DNA from: a virus
Lineage: Duplodnaviria > Caudoviricetes
DNA: 40,064 nt
Virus record (IMG/VR): IMGVR_UViG_3300012953_000071
Location: 1-40,064 of that record
Direction: 5' to 3' (one strand)
Positions 15,266 through 25,707 of this stretch are shown here, piece by piece. The notes below the pieces were generated by a model. The model was not told the origin of the DNA. It was given only the letters and a program-made list of their open reading frames with translations, and did not search any database. The first letter of the stretch is position 1. Every line of letters begins with the position of its first letter. The position numbers and the translations under genes were made by a program.

Positions 15266-15704
15266 GATTACCTCCTTAGGTAATTATTGGTTGTAGTAGA
15301 ACTAATGATCACTAGTATCGGACCCAGGTGGGCTCGAAACGGATAATCACTAATTCCACTAAAAAAATAATAGGTGTAACTACAATATATTTTTTATTTC
15401 CCCATAATAGAACTTAGATTTTGGCCTCTTTTCGCATCTTCGCCCCCTATTGTTTTTGAAAAATTTTTATTTTCCAGAAATCCACCCTCAATAAGGCGAC
15501 CCGCCACCCCTTTATTCAAATCTCTATAGAGACAAATACTTTTCTCCCCTTGCTTCTCTCCTTACTAAATGATACTCTTTTCAAAGTATTTTTTTAATTT
15601 TCGCTCTTTATACATGCGATATTTTTAATTTTAAGATATACTCCTCCTATGGGAGTATCTTTTTACCTTGGCTGAGGACGACGCCAACCTCTATTGGAGT
15701 ATGA
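15266..15704. promoter_or_regulatory. divergent intergenic control region
   Basis: Strand switch between the two arms; many T/A tracts; hairpin GATATACTCC..GGGAGTATC near 15636-15660. No promoter could be pinned down. Confidence 0.5.
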
Positions 15705-15995
15705 ATGACAAAAGAAGAGTTATATGAGTTTTCCAAATCTATGACTTCACTTGTAGACCTAACAAAGAGATCTCTTACATTTCATTACGCTAGGTATCAC
15801 AACTTTATTGATAATTCTCCTCAGGGCTGGAACTGTGTGTACGCAAGACATACTAGAGCTTTAGGTCAAGAAGAAGGTGAAGAACTACTTTCCTTCCTAA
15901 AGGATTACAAATCTCGTATTCAATCCCTAGAGGACACCTTAACCAAATTTATGGAGAACCCGGATGATAGATTCGAAAATCAAGATAGTCTCTGA
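15705..15995 (+). CDS. hypothetical protein
   Basis: GGAG RBS; first ORF of the + operon. Confidence 0.7.
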   Translation: MTKEELYEFSKSMTSLVDLTKRSLTFHYARYHNFIDNSPQGWNCVYARHTRALGQEEGEELLSFLKDYKSRIQSLEDTLTKFMENPDDRFENQDSL

Positions 15996-16266
15996 CGGCA
16001 CTTATGAAGGTACTCGCTTAGTCCACCTTGAGACTGGAGAGCATTTAGCTAACTGTGCCGGCTTAGTCTTGAGTTTAGATGGCAGGCAGCGTGTGACTGG
16101 TGCAAAAGTGTACCTAGCTGCCTGCCCAGTCGAACTTGAAGCTACAGTTAGGCATGTAGCCGGGGGAGACATTGGGAGCGATCCTATCCCCGTTGACGAT
16201 CCTTTTAACGTAATATATTTAGACAGGTATTTAAAAGAAGATGAGCACGAAGAAGAAAGACTCTGA
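15964..16266 (+). CDS. hypothetical protein
   Basis: GGAG RBS; overlaps both neighbours. Confidence 0.7.
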   Translation: MIDSKIKIVSDGTYEGTRLVHLETGEHLANCAGLVLSLDGRQRVTGAKVYLAACPVELEATVRHVAGGDIGSDPIPVDDPFNVIYLDRYLKEDEHEEERL

Positions 16267-17041
16267 TATTGAAGCAAAAGTAGGACTTTCGCTTGTTCCC
16301 AGTAAGGAGCAAGCTATTGAAAAACTTACGGAGATAGAGCCCGAGTACGAAAGCTACCTTGAAAAATTACCAGCGAAAAAACGTCAAAGAATAGTTAACT
16401 CGCTGAACAGGATTCGTACCGGGCTCCATTCCATTGCTCCAATGATGTGTCTAGGCCCTTCAAAATGTCCAATAGTAGACAGATGCCCTATCCCTGAAAG
16501 GGACGAAGATGGTAAGGTGGAGTTCGGTCCTGAGAGAAATTACCCGATGGGTAGAGAATGTGTTTTAGAGAAGTTTTATATGCAGCAAAAAATGATCGAA
16601 TATGTAGAACACTTGGGAGTAGACCCCTCTAATCCGGTTGAGATGTCAATAGTCAATGAGCTTTCGCTCATTGATCTTTATAAGAATCGTGCACTAATGA
16701 TTATGGCTGTTGGAGACCAGAGCGGCCAAGGTCGAGATTTCATGAGGGTAGATGTGATAGGCTTTAACGAGAATGGGGAAACAGCTGAAACTGCAAAATT
16801 GCATCCAGCCGTAGACATGATCGATAAATTAGAAAAACGCCGCGAAAAATGGCTCGAAAAACTTATGGAGACAAGAAAATCAAAAGCGGACTGGGCTGCG
16901 AAAATGGGCAACTTTGGGGGAGAAAGTAAGATTTTGGGCGAAATTCAAAAATTACGCGAAGCGATTTCTATCATAGACTCTGGCACGGAACTACAAATAG
17001 AAGAGCTTGAGGAAGAAGAAATACTACTGTCGGATGATTAA
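16241..17041 (+). CDS. putative terminase small subunit
   Basis: Position upstream of TerL; Cys cluster then a helical region with KLHPAV...LMETRKSK, reminiscent of P27-type TerS. Function is inference. Confidence 0.45.
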   Translation: MSTKKKDSDIEAKVGLSLVPSKEQAIEKLTEIEPEYESYLEKLPAKKRQRIVNSLNRIRTGLHSIAPMMCLGPSKCPIVDRCPIPERDEDGKVEFGPERNYPMGRECVLEKFYMQQKMIEYVEHLGVDPSNPVEMSIVNELSLIDLYKNRALMIMAVGDQSGQGRDFMRVDVIGFNENGETAETAKLHPAVDMIDKLEKRREKWLEKLMETRKSKADWAAKMGNFGGESKILGEIQKLREAISIIDSGTELQIEELEEEEILLSDD

Positions 17042-20000
17042 TGAGTGAAATAATCAGAAAAAACCTGGATCGACTTTTTGCCAGCGCGCTTGATCTCGAC
17101 GTAGAGACTTGGGGCCTTGGTCGAGGCTCAGGTATGCATGAAGTTGCTATTTCTGGTAAAGGTGCAGTACTCGGAAAAGAAGGCTATGGTGTAAGACAGT
17201 GGAGACTAGATCCCAACTTAACAACCGTAGAATCGCCCGCAAAACAAAATCTTTACAAATTGGCAAGCTCCGCAAGCGACAAGCATTCCCCAAGTGTAGC
17301 TTTAGAGCAGCTCAAGAGAACGCCAGGTTACACCCCTAAATGGACTGATGTAGACAAAATTCACACAGCGATAATGCGTGATTACGAAAATACTCAGCTA
17401 TTTGATTCTAAAAGCGGTGTTACACCAATTGCTGGAGATGCAAGAAAAGTCTCAGCCCTAACTAATAAAGAGACCTTAGACTTTTTAAGAACTAACAATA
17501 ACTTTCGGTTTACCTCCTATGAGCAACAAAAATACTGGTGGATGACTTATATAGATCCAGTTACCCATGAAGTTACGAACCCCTTCCACAAAGGGCTTGG
17601 AATTCCTGGCGGGCCTAACATGCCGGATGATCAGGCTGCTAGAATAATTAGACACGAGTTAGAAGCTCAAGGTGTGGAAGCACATCGAATGCAGCATATA
17701 CGGTCTACTCGTGGCGCTATCGATTCCCTGGTAGGCAGAGAGTCTGAGTTTGCAAGAACTATAAGAAATAAAACGCTTTGGATTGCAAGCGCTCACTTCG
17801 AAGCAAAACAGTTCGGTGCTGCTATAGCTGTTGAAGAAGAGGCAGTTAAGCAGCGATTGATGCGTCAAGGCCATACCGAAGTTGACGCTATAAAGAAAGC
17901 TAAGCAGAGCACTGTTAGGGCAGGTATGTCTTGGCAGAATCCTGGCAGTCCAGACGTATTCAATGTAAACGATCCAATATATACTAGAACTCGATCAATG
18001 GCCCAAAGAGGCGTTGCAGGTGTTGACTTCACAGACGTTTATAAGACAATGCATCTTGAAACAAGGCTTCCAGGCACTCATGTCAGAGATGTATTCGACC
18101 TTGTTAAAGCTGAACAAGACTTTGCAAGAAAGCTGAATATTATAAATCTGCCCAAAGGTCAGTACATACCAGGTGGTATTGATGTTCTTTCAAGGCTTCA
18201 TAGAGCTGGAGATTATAAAGGTCATCAAGCTGTAAAAGCATTTTCAATCGCAGAAACTCATACAGCTTATTCCGATACAACTTCTTCTCAGCACCTAGTT
18301 AGAACTCGAACAGCTAGAAGCATTGAGGTTATGAAACAAGTTGCTGAGAATACTCACCTTGGAAAAGAATATGTTTTGCAAGCGAAAGCTGGCAAAGGCC
18401 CACTGCTAGATATATATACAAGACTGAATAGACAACAAGCTATTGCTAACTTTAAGAGCCCCGGAAGTGTTGTTAGTCAAATCGATAGAGCTATAAGGGA
18501 TATCTCTTTGCAAGGTTTTAGTAGGCAGTCTGCTGGCAGTAAAGAAATATTTCCTACCCAAGAGTCAATATCTGGAAGGAGAACGAGAGTCAGCACTAGC
18601 GTTCCATCTACTAGAGAAGTTTCAAGTATTGCTGATGCAGTTGAGGCAATTGGAGCAAGACATGGTGATAGGGATCTAGTTACCAGAGAGTGGGATGCTA
18701 TGAGAAGGCATCTTGTAGGTACGGGCTCTTTGGGTCCAGAAGGCATGCCAATAAAGGGTCAAGAAAGAGCTTTAATTGCTCACTCTCAAGCCTATATGAT
18801 GGACTCTGTCTCCAAGCATGATGTTGATGCTTTTGCTAGGAAGATGCAAACTGAAGGTGATCTATCCAAGTGGCTTAGCAGCACAAGAGCTACCAGATCT
18901 TCAGCCTCACAACTTAGAAGTATAAGAGAAGGCGCAGGGAATATATTCAAAGGTAAAGCTGGCAGGGTTGGCGGTGCGGCAGGTGCACTATATATGGGTG
19001 TTGCTGGACTTGGCATGCTTACAGCAGTTATGGAAGGTCCTAAAAGAAATAGAACTCCTGCATCGATTTTAAGTGTAAACTATAAAAACTGGTTAGAGAA
19101 TCAAGAAGATTTCCACGGCATGGAAGCCCCTCCCTCTCAGAATGAGTATGGTTGGCAATCTGGCATGCAGAAGCGAGGCGTTGGTGCAGCAAGTAGAAGG
19201 CTTAATACTGACTTTGGATCCCCTTATCAAGGCCCAATGGCAGCGAATGGAGTTCTTTATGACCAGCAAATCCTTGCAGAAAGAGAAAAGTATTTAAGAG
19301 AAGTTTACCAAAGAATTCACAATGATCCTGCCTCACAGGATATCTTCAATTATTTCAAGATAAGCGCAGCCACAAGCATTGGCCACCACTACGTTAAAGG
19401 TAGCGATGTCGAGCATGCAGATTCACTTATGTATCCCTCATTAAGGGGTGAGAATTTATTAAGAATAAATCTCAGCAAAGGGAACTGGAAGGTAACGGCA
19501 GAAGATGCAGATACTATAACTATTAGACGTGGAGGCTTCAAAGGTAGTGTAAGTGACTTTTTTGGCCAAAATCAAAGCTATAGTTTTCGATTGGCTGGTA
19601 TCGATGCACCGGAAACAATGCATGGCGAGATAGGAATGAGAAGAGCACAGCCTCATGCAGATGATGCTACGAAAGCTCTACAAGCCATGATAGGCAAATC
19701 TGGTAAACTAGATATAGTCTATGACCCATCCAATGTAACCTATGGTCGTATGGTTGGTGCGTTGATGGTTGATGGTAAGAATGCTAACTTCGAATTGCTA
19801 AGACAGGGTCATGCGGCTTTGCTGCCTTTCTATAAAGAAGGTACAAAGCCAATGGTTGACTATGAAGCAATGAGGAAGATTGAATCTAGAGCTAGGAATA
19901 GCGAAAGAGGAATGTGGTCTGAGCCTTTCTTCCAAGCCTATGCAGACATTACTGCAGGTGGCGACAGGATTACATTCAATACATTTTCAAGAGTTAGTGA

Positions 20001-20493
20001 AACTGCAAAGAATGCTACTACTATGAGCGCAAGAGCGCTTATGTGGAATGCCCAAGATATGGGTTTCTACAATACTGCTACGCATGGTGCTCAAGCTCAA
20101 GCGCTGAACACCCTCTTAAAAGAAAGAGGTCGTGAAGACGACTATGGCAGACCCTCTACATTCAATTGGACTGCTACACCTCATAATAGTTATATGGCTG
20201 AAATGATGAGAGATAGTGCAGAATTGATGAAGACTAGAGGTACGGCAAGTTCGTATAGAACTAGTAGACGCTCTGGCTACGGCTCTCTGGATAAAAAATT
20301 AGTTCTAGATTCAATGAGTAGTACGAATATATGGAACAAGAGACGCCACCCAGTATACGATGTATATAATGTGAAGAATGGAAGAAATAGTAGATTTAGA
20401 GATGCTTATAAGCATAAAGTTGCAATGGCTGAAAGCCAACGCTTAGCTATGGCTAGCATGATGATGAGTTCACAGAACCATCACGTAATGTAG
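17041..20493 (+). CDS. large protein with N-terminal DEDDh exonuclease-like region and C-terminal staphylococcal nuclease (SNase) domain
   Basis: SNase: DADTI, RLAGIDAPE, YGRMVG, NFELLRQGHA, ARNSERGMWS. DEDDh-like: LDVETWGL, SAHFE, HTAYSD. Confidence 0.75.
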   Translation: MSEIIRKNLDRLFASALDLDVETWGLGRGSGMHEVAISGKGAVLGKEGYGVRQWRLDPNLTTVESPAKQNLYKLASSASDKHSPSVALEQLKRTPGYTPKWTDVDKIHTAIMRDYENTQLFDSKSGVTPIAGDARKVSALTNKETLDFLRTNNNFRFTSYEQQKYWWMTYIDPVTHEVTNPFHKGLGIPGGPNMPDDQAARIIRHELEAQGVEAHRMQHIRSTRGAIDSLVGRESEFARTIRNKTLWIASAHFEAKQFGAAIAVEEEAVKQRLMRQGHTEVDAIKKAKQSTVRAGMSWQNPGSPDVFNVNDPIYTRTRSMAQRGVAGVDFTDVYKTMHLETRLPGTHVRDVFDLVKAEQDFARKLNIINLPKGQYIPGGIDVLSRLHRAGDYKGHQAVKAFSIAETHTAYSDTTSSQHLVRTRTARSIEVMKQVAENTHLGKEYVLQAKAGKGPLLDIYTRLNRQQAIANFKSPGSVVSQIDRAIRDISLQGFSRQSAGSKEIFPTQESISGRRTRVSTSVPSTREVSSIADAVEAIGARHGDRDLVTREWDAMRRHLVGTGSLGPEGMPIKGQERALIAHSQAYMMDSVSKHDVDAFARKMQTEGDLSKWLSSTRATRSSASQLRSIREGAGNIFKGKAGRVGGAAGALYMGVAGLGMLTAVMEGPKRNRTPASILSVNYKNWLENQEDFHGMEAPPSQNEYGWQSGMQKRGVGAASRRLNTDFGSPYQGPMAANGVLYDQQILAEREKYLREVYQRIHNDPASQDIFNYFKISAATSIGHHYVKGSDVEHADSLMYPSLRGENLLRINLSKGNWKVTAEDADTITIRRGGFKGSVSDFFGQNQSYSFRLAGIDAPETMHGEIGMRRAQPHADDATKALQAMIGKSGKLDIVYDPSNVTYGRMVGALMVDGKNANFELLRQGHAALLPFYKEGTKPMVDYEAMRKIESRARNSERGMWSEPFFQAYADITAGGDRITFNTFSRVSETAKNATTMSARALMWNAQDMGFYNTATHGAQAQALNTLLKERGREDDYGRPSTFNWTATPHNSYMAEMMRDSAELMKTRGTASSYRTSRRSGYGSLDKKLVLDSMSSTNIWNKRRHPVYDVYNVKNGRNSRFRDAYKHKVAMAESQRLAMASMMMSSQNHHVM

Positions 20494-20503
20494 GAGAGTT
20501 GAT

Positions 20504-21538
20504 ATGATTAATATAAATTTAGGCCCACCAACACCAAGCCTTTGGGATAGATTTAATAATTCTAGAGCTGCCCGCATGATCGCAGCCGCCCCGGATGTTG
20601 CAATTGGCTGGCCAGGTCAATGGGCTCAGAGTGGTGGTGGATGGGGTGCTAGATCTAATCAGGCTGGACTTGCGATGGCAGGTGGATGGCATAGCAATAA
20701 TATAATATCTCCAACCAATCACGGTGGATACATGGAATGGGGTAATAAGCTTTTGCAAAGGAAAACCCTTACTGCTCCCTGGCAAGTAGTTGAAGATACC
20801 TCAAGATTGAAAACTTGGAACTCGAGAAAAGGCGTTGCAGAAGCCTACAAAGGTTCCAGCGGTATAGGCGCTATGGGCAAGACTGCAATGAGTGCATTCG
20901 GTGGTGCTTTCAGCGCATATTTTGCTTACAGTGGTTGGCAAGGGGAAGTCTCTGATAGAAGTGGCTTCATGGGGATGATGGATGCTGTATCTATCGATTT
21001 TGGTGCACACCTAGGTATAGCTCATAATACTAGAGGTAAGATGACTTCTCTCGTGAGGTCTTCCGCTGAAGGTGGTTGGGAGAAAGCTAGCGGGAGGGCA
21101 AAAGCTCAAGGCCATGCGTTTGCAGGAGCAGGTCTTGGCGGAATGATGAGGGTTGGTCTCGGAAGTTTTGCGGGTGCTCAGCTTGGCCATTCTGTTTTAG
21201 GTATGCCTGGCGCTGTTGCTGGCGGTATGGCAGGTGGCTTTTTGTTTAAGACGAATATTAGAGCAGCAGCAGCAACTGCAGTAATTGGCGGAGCATATGT
21301 TATTGGCAAAGGTACATACGAGTATGTTAAGGCCGGATATAGAAGGGGAAGGGAAATGCGTTTGAACGGACCAGATACTGCAGGCGATACTGCAGCATTC
21401 TTTACACAGAATGCTTTTACCATGAGGCAGAGATCCGTTCAGGCTATGAGAAGATCTCATCTCAATGCAAGATCTGCTCTTGGTCAGGAAGCTCAATTTA
21501 TGCATATGAATAAATCCTACTTTTCGAACTACAGGTAA
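20504..21538 (+). CDS. Gly/Ala-rich putative virion (ejection/pilot-like) protein
   Basis: Glycine-zipper-like GxxxG runs; inside the packaging operon. Confidence 0.55.
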   Translation: MININLGPPTPSLWDRFNNSRAARMIAAAPDVAIGWPGQWAQSGGGWGARSNQAGLAMAGGWHSNNIISPTNHGGYMEWGNKLLQRKTLTAPWQVVEDTSRLKTWNSRKGVAEAYKGSSGIGAMGKTAMSAFGGAFSAYFAYSGWQGEVSDRSGFMGMMDAVSIDFGAHLGIAHNTRGKMTSLVRSSAEGGWEKASGRAKAQGHAFAGAGLGGMMRVGLGSFAGAQLGHSVLGMPGAVAGGMAGGFLFKTNIRAAAATAVIGGAYVIGKGTYEYVKAGYRRGREMRLNGPDTAGDTAAFFTQNAFTMRQRSVQAMRRSHLNARSALGQEAQFMHMNKSYFSNYR

Positions 21539-21541
21539 AAA

Positions 21542-23788
21542 ATGAAAAAGCTTTATAAAAAGAATTCCTATGGTTACGAACACCAAGACCCAGATGCTCG
21601 CTTAGACAAAAAGACTATAGACAAGTATGAGAAAGAATATGGGATAAATACTAATGTTCATAGGAGTTGTATTAATTGCCAAATAAGGCAAATAGACAAA
21701 TATAAAAACCACCCAGAAGGTGGAGATAAATTTAAAGTTAGATGCAATTTTATCCCTAAAGGACTCCCTCCTGGGACTGGTAAAAGAATAAAAGAAATAG
21801 TTGTATCAAACGACATGGATGAAGAAAGAGCTAAAAAGCTACTTTTATCAACAATAGACCCAGTAGCTTGGGCTGAGATAATGTTTGGCTTTTCGGATAG
21901 CGACCCTAAGTGGAGTTTGAGAAATTATCAAAAAGAGCAGATCAGGTGCTCTGCTCTCAGATTTGCTTGTCGAGAAGGTCGACGTTCGGGTAAGACTTTT
22001 GCAATGGCTTTAAAATTAGCTCATCTTGCGTTCAACAAAACGATAGTGAAAGGTTTGGATTCTCACGGTAAAGAAGTTTCTGGTGGGCCCGACATAATGG
22101 TTGTAACGCCATACCAAGCCCAGCTCACCAACATATTTAATGAAATAGAAAGTTTAATAAAAAGAAATGTAGAGCTTCGTGCAGAAATAACTTCTGGCAC
22201 TGGAGACAGCCTTTATGTAAAAACACCTCTCTTTAAAATGGACTTCAAAAATGGTGCAAGAATAAGGGGCTTTGTATCAGGGCTTGGCATTAAAGAAGAT
22301 GGCTCTGGTGGTGGTACAATTCGTGGTGCATCTGCTGATATCATTTATCTCGACGAGATGGATATGATTCCTGAAGATATCCTAGATAAAGTTATTACTC
22401 CAATTCTTCTTACTCAGCCAGATGTTGTTCTATTGGCTACTTCAACTCCTATCGGTAAACGTGGCAAATTTTACTCTTGGTGTCTAGACAGGCCAGACTT
22501 TAAGGAAGATTATTATCCCTCTACCGTCCTCCCGCATTGGGAAACAATAAGGGGTGAGCTTGAAGCAGAGAGCACTAAAGAAAGTTTTGCAGCAGAGTAT
22601 ATGGCTGAGTTCATTGAGGGTGAGTACGGAGTATTTAAACCCTCTCATATATATGGTGCAAAAAGAGATTACACTTACGAGCAGACTTCAAACAATATGT
22701 TCCTTTATACAAAATTAGGTATTGAGGAGTCAGCCAATATGCTTATATGCATGGGTATCGATTGGAATAAAAATGCTGGTACTGAATTCTATGTATCAGG
22801 CTATTCACCAGCTACTGGGTTGTGGATTGGCCTCGATGCTATCAATATACCGTCTTCGGAATATTCTGGCCAAAGGTGGATGAAGGAAGTAATACGTCTA
22901 AATTACAAGTGGAAGCCAGACTGGATATATGCTGATGAAGGATATGGGCATACTATTATAGAAGATTTGCACCTTCATGCACATAGATTGAAGAGTAGTA
23001 ACAACTTGTCGGCCATAGATAAGCAAACAGTAAAACTTTCTGAAAGGCTAATATCTTTTAACTTTTCTAGGAATATAGAATTGAAAGATCCAGTTGATGG
23101 AACTACTATTAAGAAATCTGGAAAGCACTATATAGTCGAGAATGCAGTCAGGATTCTTGAGGATAGCTTATTTATTTTTCCAGAAAGTGATGATATACTA
23201 ACAAAACAAATGATGAATTATGTTGTAACTAAAGTTTCCAAACTGACCGGCAAGCCAGTCTTTGGAGCGGATAACGATAGGGTGGGCGATCACAGATTAG
23301 ATGCAATGATGCTCTCTCTGGCCGGCCTTGCTTTAGAGGTGTCTGTCTACTCGGGAAGAAACCTGCCTATAACAAGGCCGAGGTTTGTTTCCGGCACTGA
23401 CAATAAGGGTTCATATAACTCCCCCGGAGATGAAGCTGATAGAATACTAAAATCAGTGAAAAAGTCTGGAATTCCTGGGCAGACTAATATATTAAAAATA
23501 ATGAGAGGGGGTTCTGAAGAGGAAGATAAAGCTGTAAAACAAAAATATCGCGCTGCAGAACTATTAAAAAGAGGTGGTTTTGTGAGAAGATCTAGGGGTG
23601 ATATAGGTAAGCATATGAAGAGAGAGTCAGAATCTATCTTCGAAGGGCTTGCTAAAAGATCAAATCACACAAGAGGCCACGAAATGGATTTAGAAGAAAT
23701 AAACACTGTAAAAACCTTACAGAAGCCACACAGAAGTGCTGGAAAGCCTGTGAGGAGATTAAACAAAAAGAAGAGATCTTGGAAATAG
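21542..23788 (+). CDS. terL: terminase large subunit
   Basis: Walker A GRRSGKT, Walker B IIYLDE, coupling motif TSTP, nuclease GIDW...DHRLDA. Confidence 0.93.
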   Translation: MKKLYKKNSYGYEHQDPDARLDKKTIDKYEKEYGINTNVHRSCINCQIRQIDKYKNHPEGGDKFKVRCNFIPKGLPPGTGKRIKEIVVSNDMDEERAKKLLLSTIDPVAWAEIMFGFSDSDPKWSLRNYQKEQIRCSALRFACREGRRSGKTFAMALKLAHLAFNKTIVKGLDSHGKEVSGGPDIMVVTPYQAQLTNIFNEIESLIKRNVELRAEITSGTGDSLYVKTPLFKMDFKNGARIRGFVSGLGIKEDGSGGGTIRGASADIIYLDEMDMIPEDILDKVITPILLTQPDVVLLATSTPIGKRGKFYSWCLDRPDFKEDYYPSTVLPHWETIRGELEAESTKESFAAEYMAEFIEGEYGVFKPSHIYGAKRDYTYEQTSNNMFLYTKLGIEESANMLICMGIDWNKNAGTEFYVSGYSPATGLWIGLDAINIPSSEYSGQRWMKEVIRLNYKWKPDWIYADEGYGHTIIEDLHLHAHRLKSSNNLSAIDKQTVKLSERLISFNFSRNIELKDPVDGTTIKKSGKHYIVENAVRILEDSLFIFPESDDILTKQMMNYVVTKVSKLTGKPVFGADNDRVGDHRLDAMMLSLAGLALEVSVYSGRNLPITRPRFVSGTDNKGSYNSPGDEADRILKSVKKSGIPGQTNILKIMRGGSEEEDKAVKQKYRAAELLKRGGFVRRSRGDIGKHMKRESESIFEGLAKRSNHTRGHEMDLEEINTVKTLQKPHRSAGKPVRRLNKKKRSWK

Positions 23789-23797
23789 GAGTATATT

Positions 23798-24661
23798 ATG
23801 TCTTTATTAGCTAAAGCTACTGGCCTGGGCTTTGCAGGCACTGCAGCTGCTGTTGCTGGCGGAGTTGGTGTTGCTAACAGTATTGGTCAATTTGGTGGTA
23901 TTGGAGCGGGTGGGGAAGATCCAGGCTATCAACTTATGTCTGGACAAGTTGACGCACCCATAGGAAGTGCGGCCTTAGGTGCTGCTGGAGTAGGGGCTAT
24001 GGGTGTTGCCCTAGCGACAGGTCTTATAGGAGGCGGAGCAGCAGGAATCAGCAGGATGATGGGTAGAGGTGCATCAAAAACTGCATCAAAAGCTGCATCG
24101 AGTTCAGGAGCTAAACCTCAAGGTTTTATGAGTAGAGCCTGGGGTGATGCTGCTCATTCTGCCGCTAGTGGCAGTGTCGGTGGCTATGCGATGATGGCTG
24201 GATTGGGTGGAGCTGCTAACTATGCTACTGGAGGAAACTTCTGGGAAGGTGCAGCAGCAGGAGCTGTAGTTGGTGGCGGCATTAGAATGGCTGGCAGATC
24301 TATAGCTGGTGGCGGTGTAGGTAAGCGAGGCTTTCTTGGCAATATGATAAATAAGACTGGCTATGAAGGCAGCGCAATGAACAAAGCAATTGGTGGAGAT
24401 TCCGTTTCTGGCATGTTCGGGAGGCGTATGTCAAGACCACCAATGATGGGACCCGAAGGGCCAAATTCGTTTCATATGGCTGGAAAAGCTGCGGGAGCAA
24501 CTGGCGGTACAAGAATGGGTGGTATGGCTGTATTTTCCGGTCTTGCAAATAATAGAAAACATGCTACATTGGCAGGGGCAGGTTTAGCTGGAATGACTTT
24601 TGGCGGTGATCGAAGAAGCCACAGCAGAGGCTTCAATGGCCACAGAGGAGCAAGAATATAA
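23798..24661 (+). CDS. Gly/Ala-rich putative virion membrane-interacting protein
   Basis: Very Gly/Ala/Met-rich with several GxxxG segments; AGGAG RBS. Confidence 0.6.
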   Translation: MSLLAKATGLGFAGTAAAVAGGVGVANSIGQFGGIGAGGEDPGYQLMSGQVDAPIGSAALGAAGVGAMGVALATGLIGGGAAGISRMMGRGASKTASKAASSSGAKPQGFMSRAWGDAAHSAASGSVGGYAMMAGLGGAANYATGGNFWEGAAAGAVVGGGIRMAGRSIAGGGVGKRGFLGNMINKTGYEGSAMNKAIGGDSVSGMFGRRMSRPPMMGPEGPNSFHMAGKAAGATGGTRMGGMAVFSGLANNRKHATLAGAGLAGMTFGGDRRSHSRGFNGHRGARI

Positions 24662-25095
24662 TGTCACTAAGTCTTTTTGATAAAGATTTTAAACTCTTTA
24701 CAGATGACCCTATGAGAAGCTTTCATAATGGCTACCTTGGTGGGGCTCATGAACAAGTTTTCTACCTGAGAAACGAGGACGCATCCCTTTACTACCAGGA
24801 GATAACAATAACTCCTGAAATTATAGGTGCTTATGGCGACTATGGCGAGTTCGGAACAACTGGTTGGGGAGTCAAGCTTATGTATGGTCAAAGGCGACCC
24901 ACAGAAGCGGAATGGGATTTAGTAAGATCGGGAGACGGTATAGAAATACCAGATATTGGAACAACAGAAGCTGCAGACACTTATACCAATCATCCGATAT
25001 GGATTAGGATTTTCTGTCCAGGTAATGCTAGTGCTCAAATAAGGGAAAATATGCAATTGAAGATTACTTATTTTGCAAGAAAGGTTGGTGCTTAG
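24661..25095 (+). CDS. hypothetical virion protein
   Basis: Coupled ORF within the structural operon. Confidence 0.7.
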   Translation: MSLSLFDKDFKLFTDDPMRSFHNGYLGGAHEQVFYLRNEDASLYYQEITITPEIIGAYGDYGEFGTTGWGVKLMYGQRRPTEAEWDLVRSGDGIEIPDIGTTEAADTYTNHPIWIRIFCPGNASAQIRENMQLKITYFARKVGA

Positions 25096-25700
25096 TGGAT
25101 CAAAATTCTCCAGATATAGAAGGAATCATGAAGCAGCTTGGATCGATGTTGGAGTCTGTATACAATCCAGAATTCGATCAGAAAGTTGTGAACTTGCAAA
25201 CCTTGCATAATGAAGCTCAGAAGCAAGCGGAACAAGATATAGACAGTATGTTCGGCGTTAGAGTGATCGATGAGCTTACTGGTGAAAGTATTATAAATCA
25301 GCCCTTATCAAATGAAGAGGTAATTGCTACACAACTTAAAAAAGAAGAAGTGTTAGCAAAGCTTGATAAAGCTGAAAAAATGATACAAGAAGTAGAAGAA
25401 AGAATTGACGAGAATATAGGCGCAGACAAAGGATTTGATTTTAATTTTGACCCTAAATGCAGGCCTGTTTTATTTAAATCAGTTTTAAGAACTTTTGGTA
25501 TATCGAAGACTACAATAACTTATGAAGATTATAAAAAACTTCTATCTATGAAAAAGGCTATGGAAAAACAAGAAGTCGCTGAAGTATTCGCAGACAATCC
25601 TGATAATGTTTCTAAAGCTGAGAACACCGTTGGAGGAGCGAATAGCAGTGGCTCGTCGTCTTCAGGCTCCAAGAGTGGTGACAGCAAGAAGGGTTGTTGA
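25095..25700 (+). CDS. hypothetical coiled-coil protein
   Basis: GTG start overlapping the previous stop. Confidence 0.7.
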   Translation: MDQNSPDIEGIMKQLGSMLESVYNPEFDQKVVNLQTLHNEAQKQAEQDIDSMFGVRVIDELTGESIINQPLSNEEVIATQLKKEEVLAKLDKAEKMIQEVEERIDENIGADKGFDFNFDPKCRPVLFKSVLRTFGISKTTITYEDYKKLLSMKKAMEKQEVAEVFADNPDNVSKAENTVGGANSSGSSSSGSKSGDSKKGC

Positions 25701-25707
25701 GGTAGCT

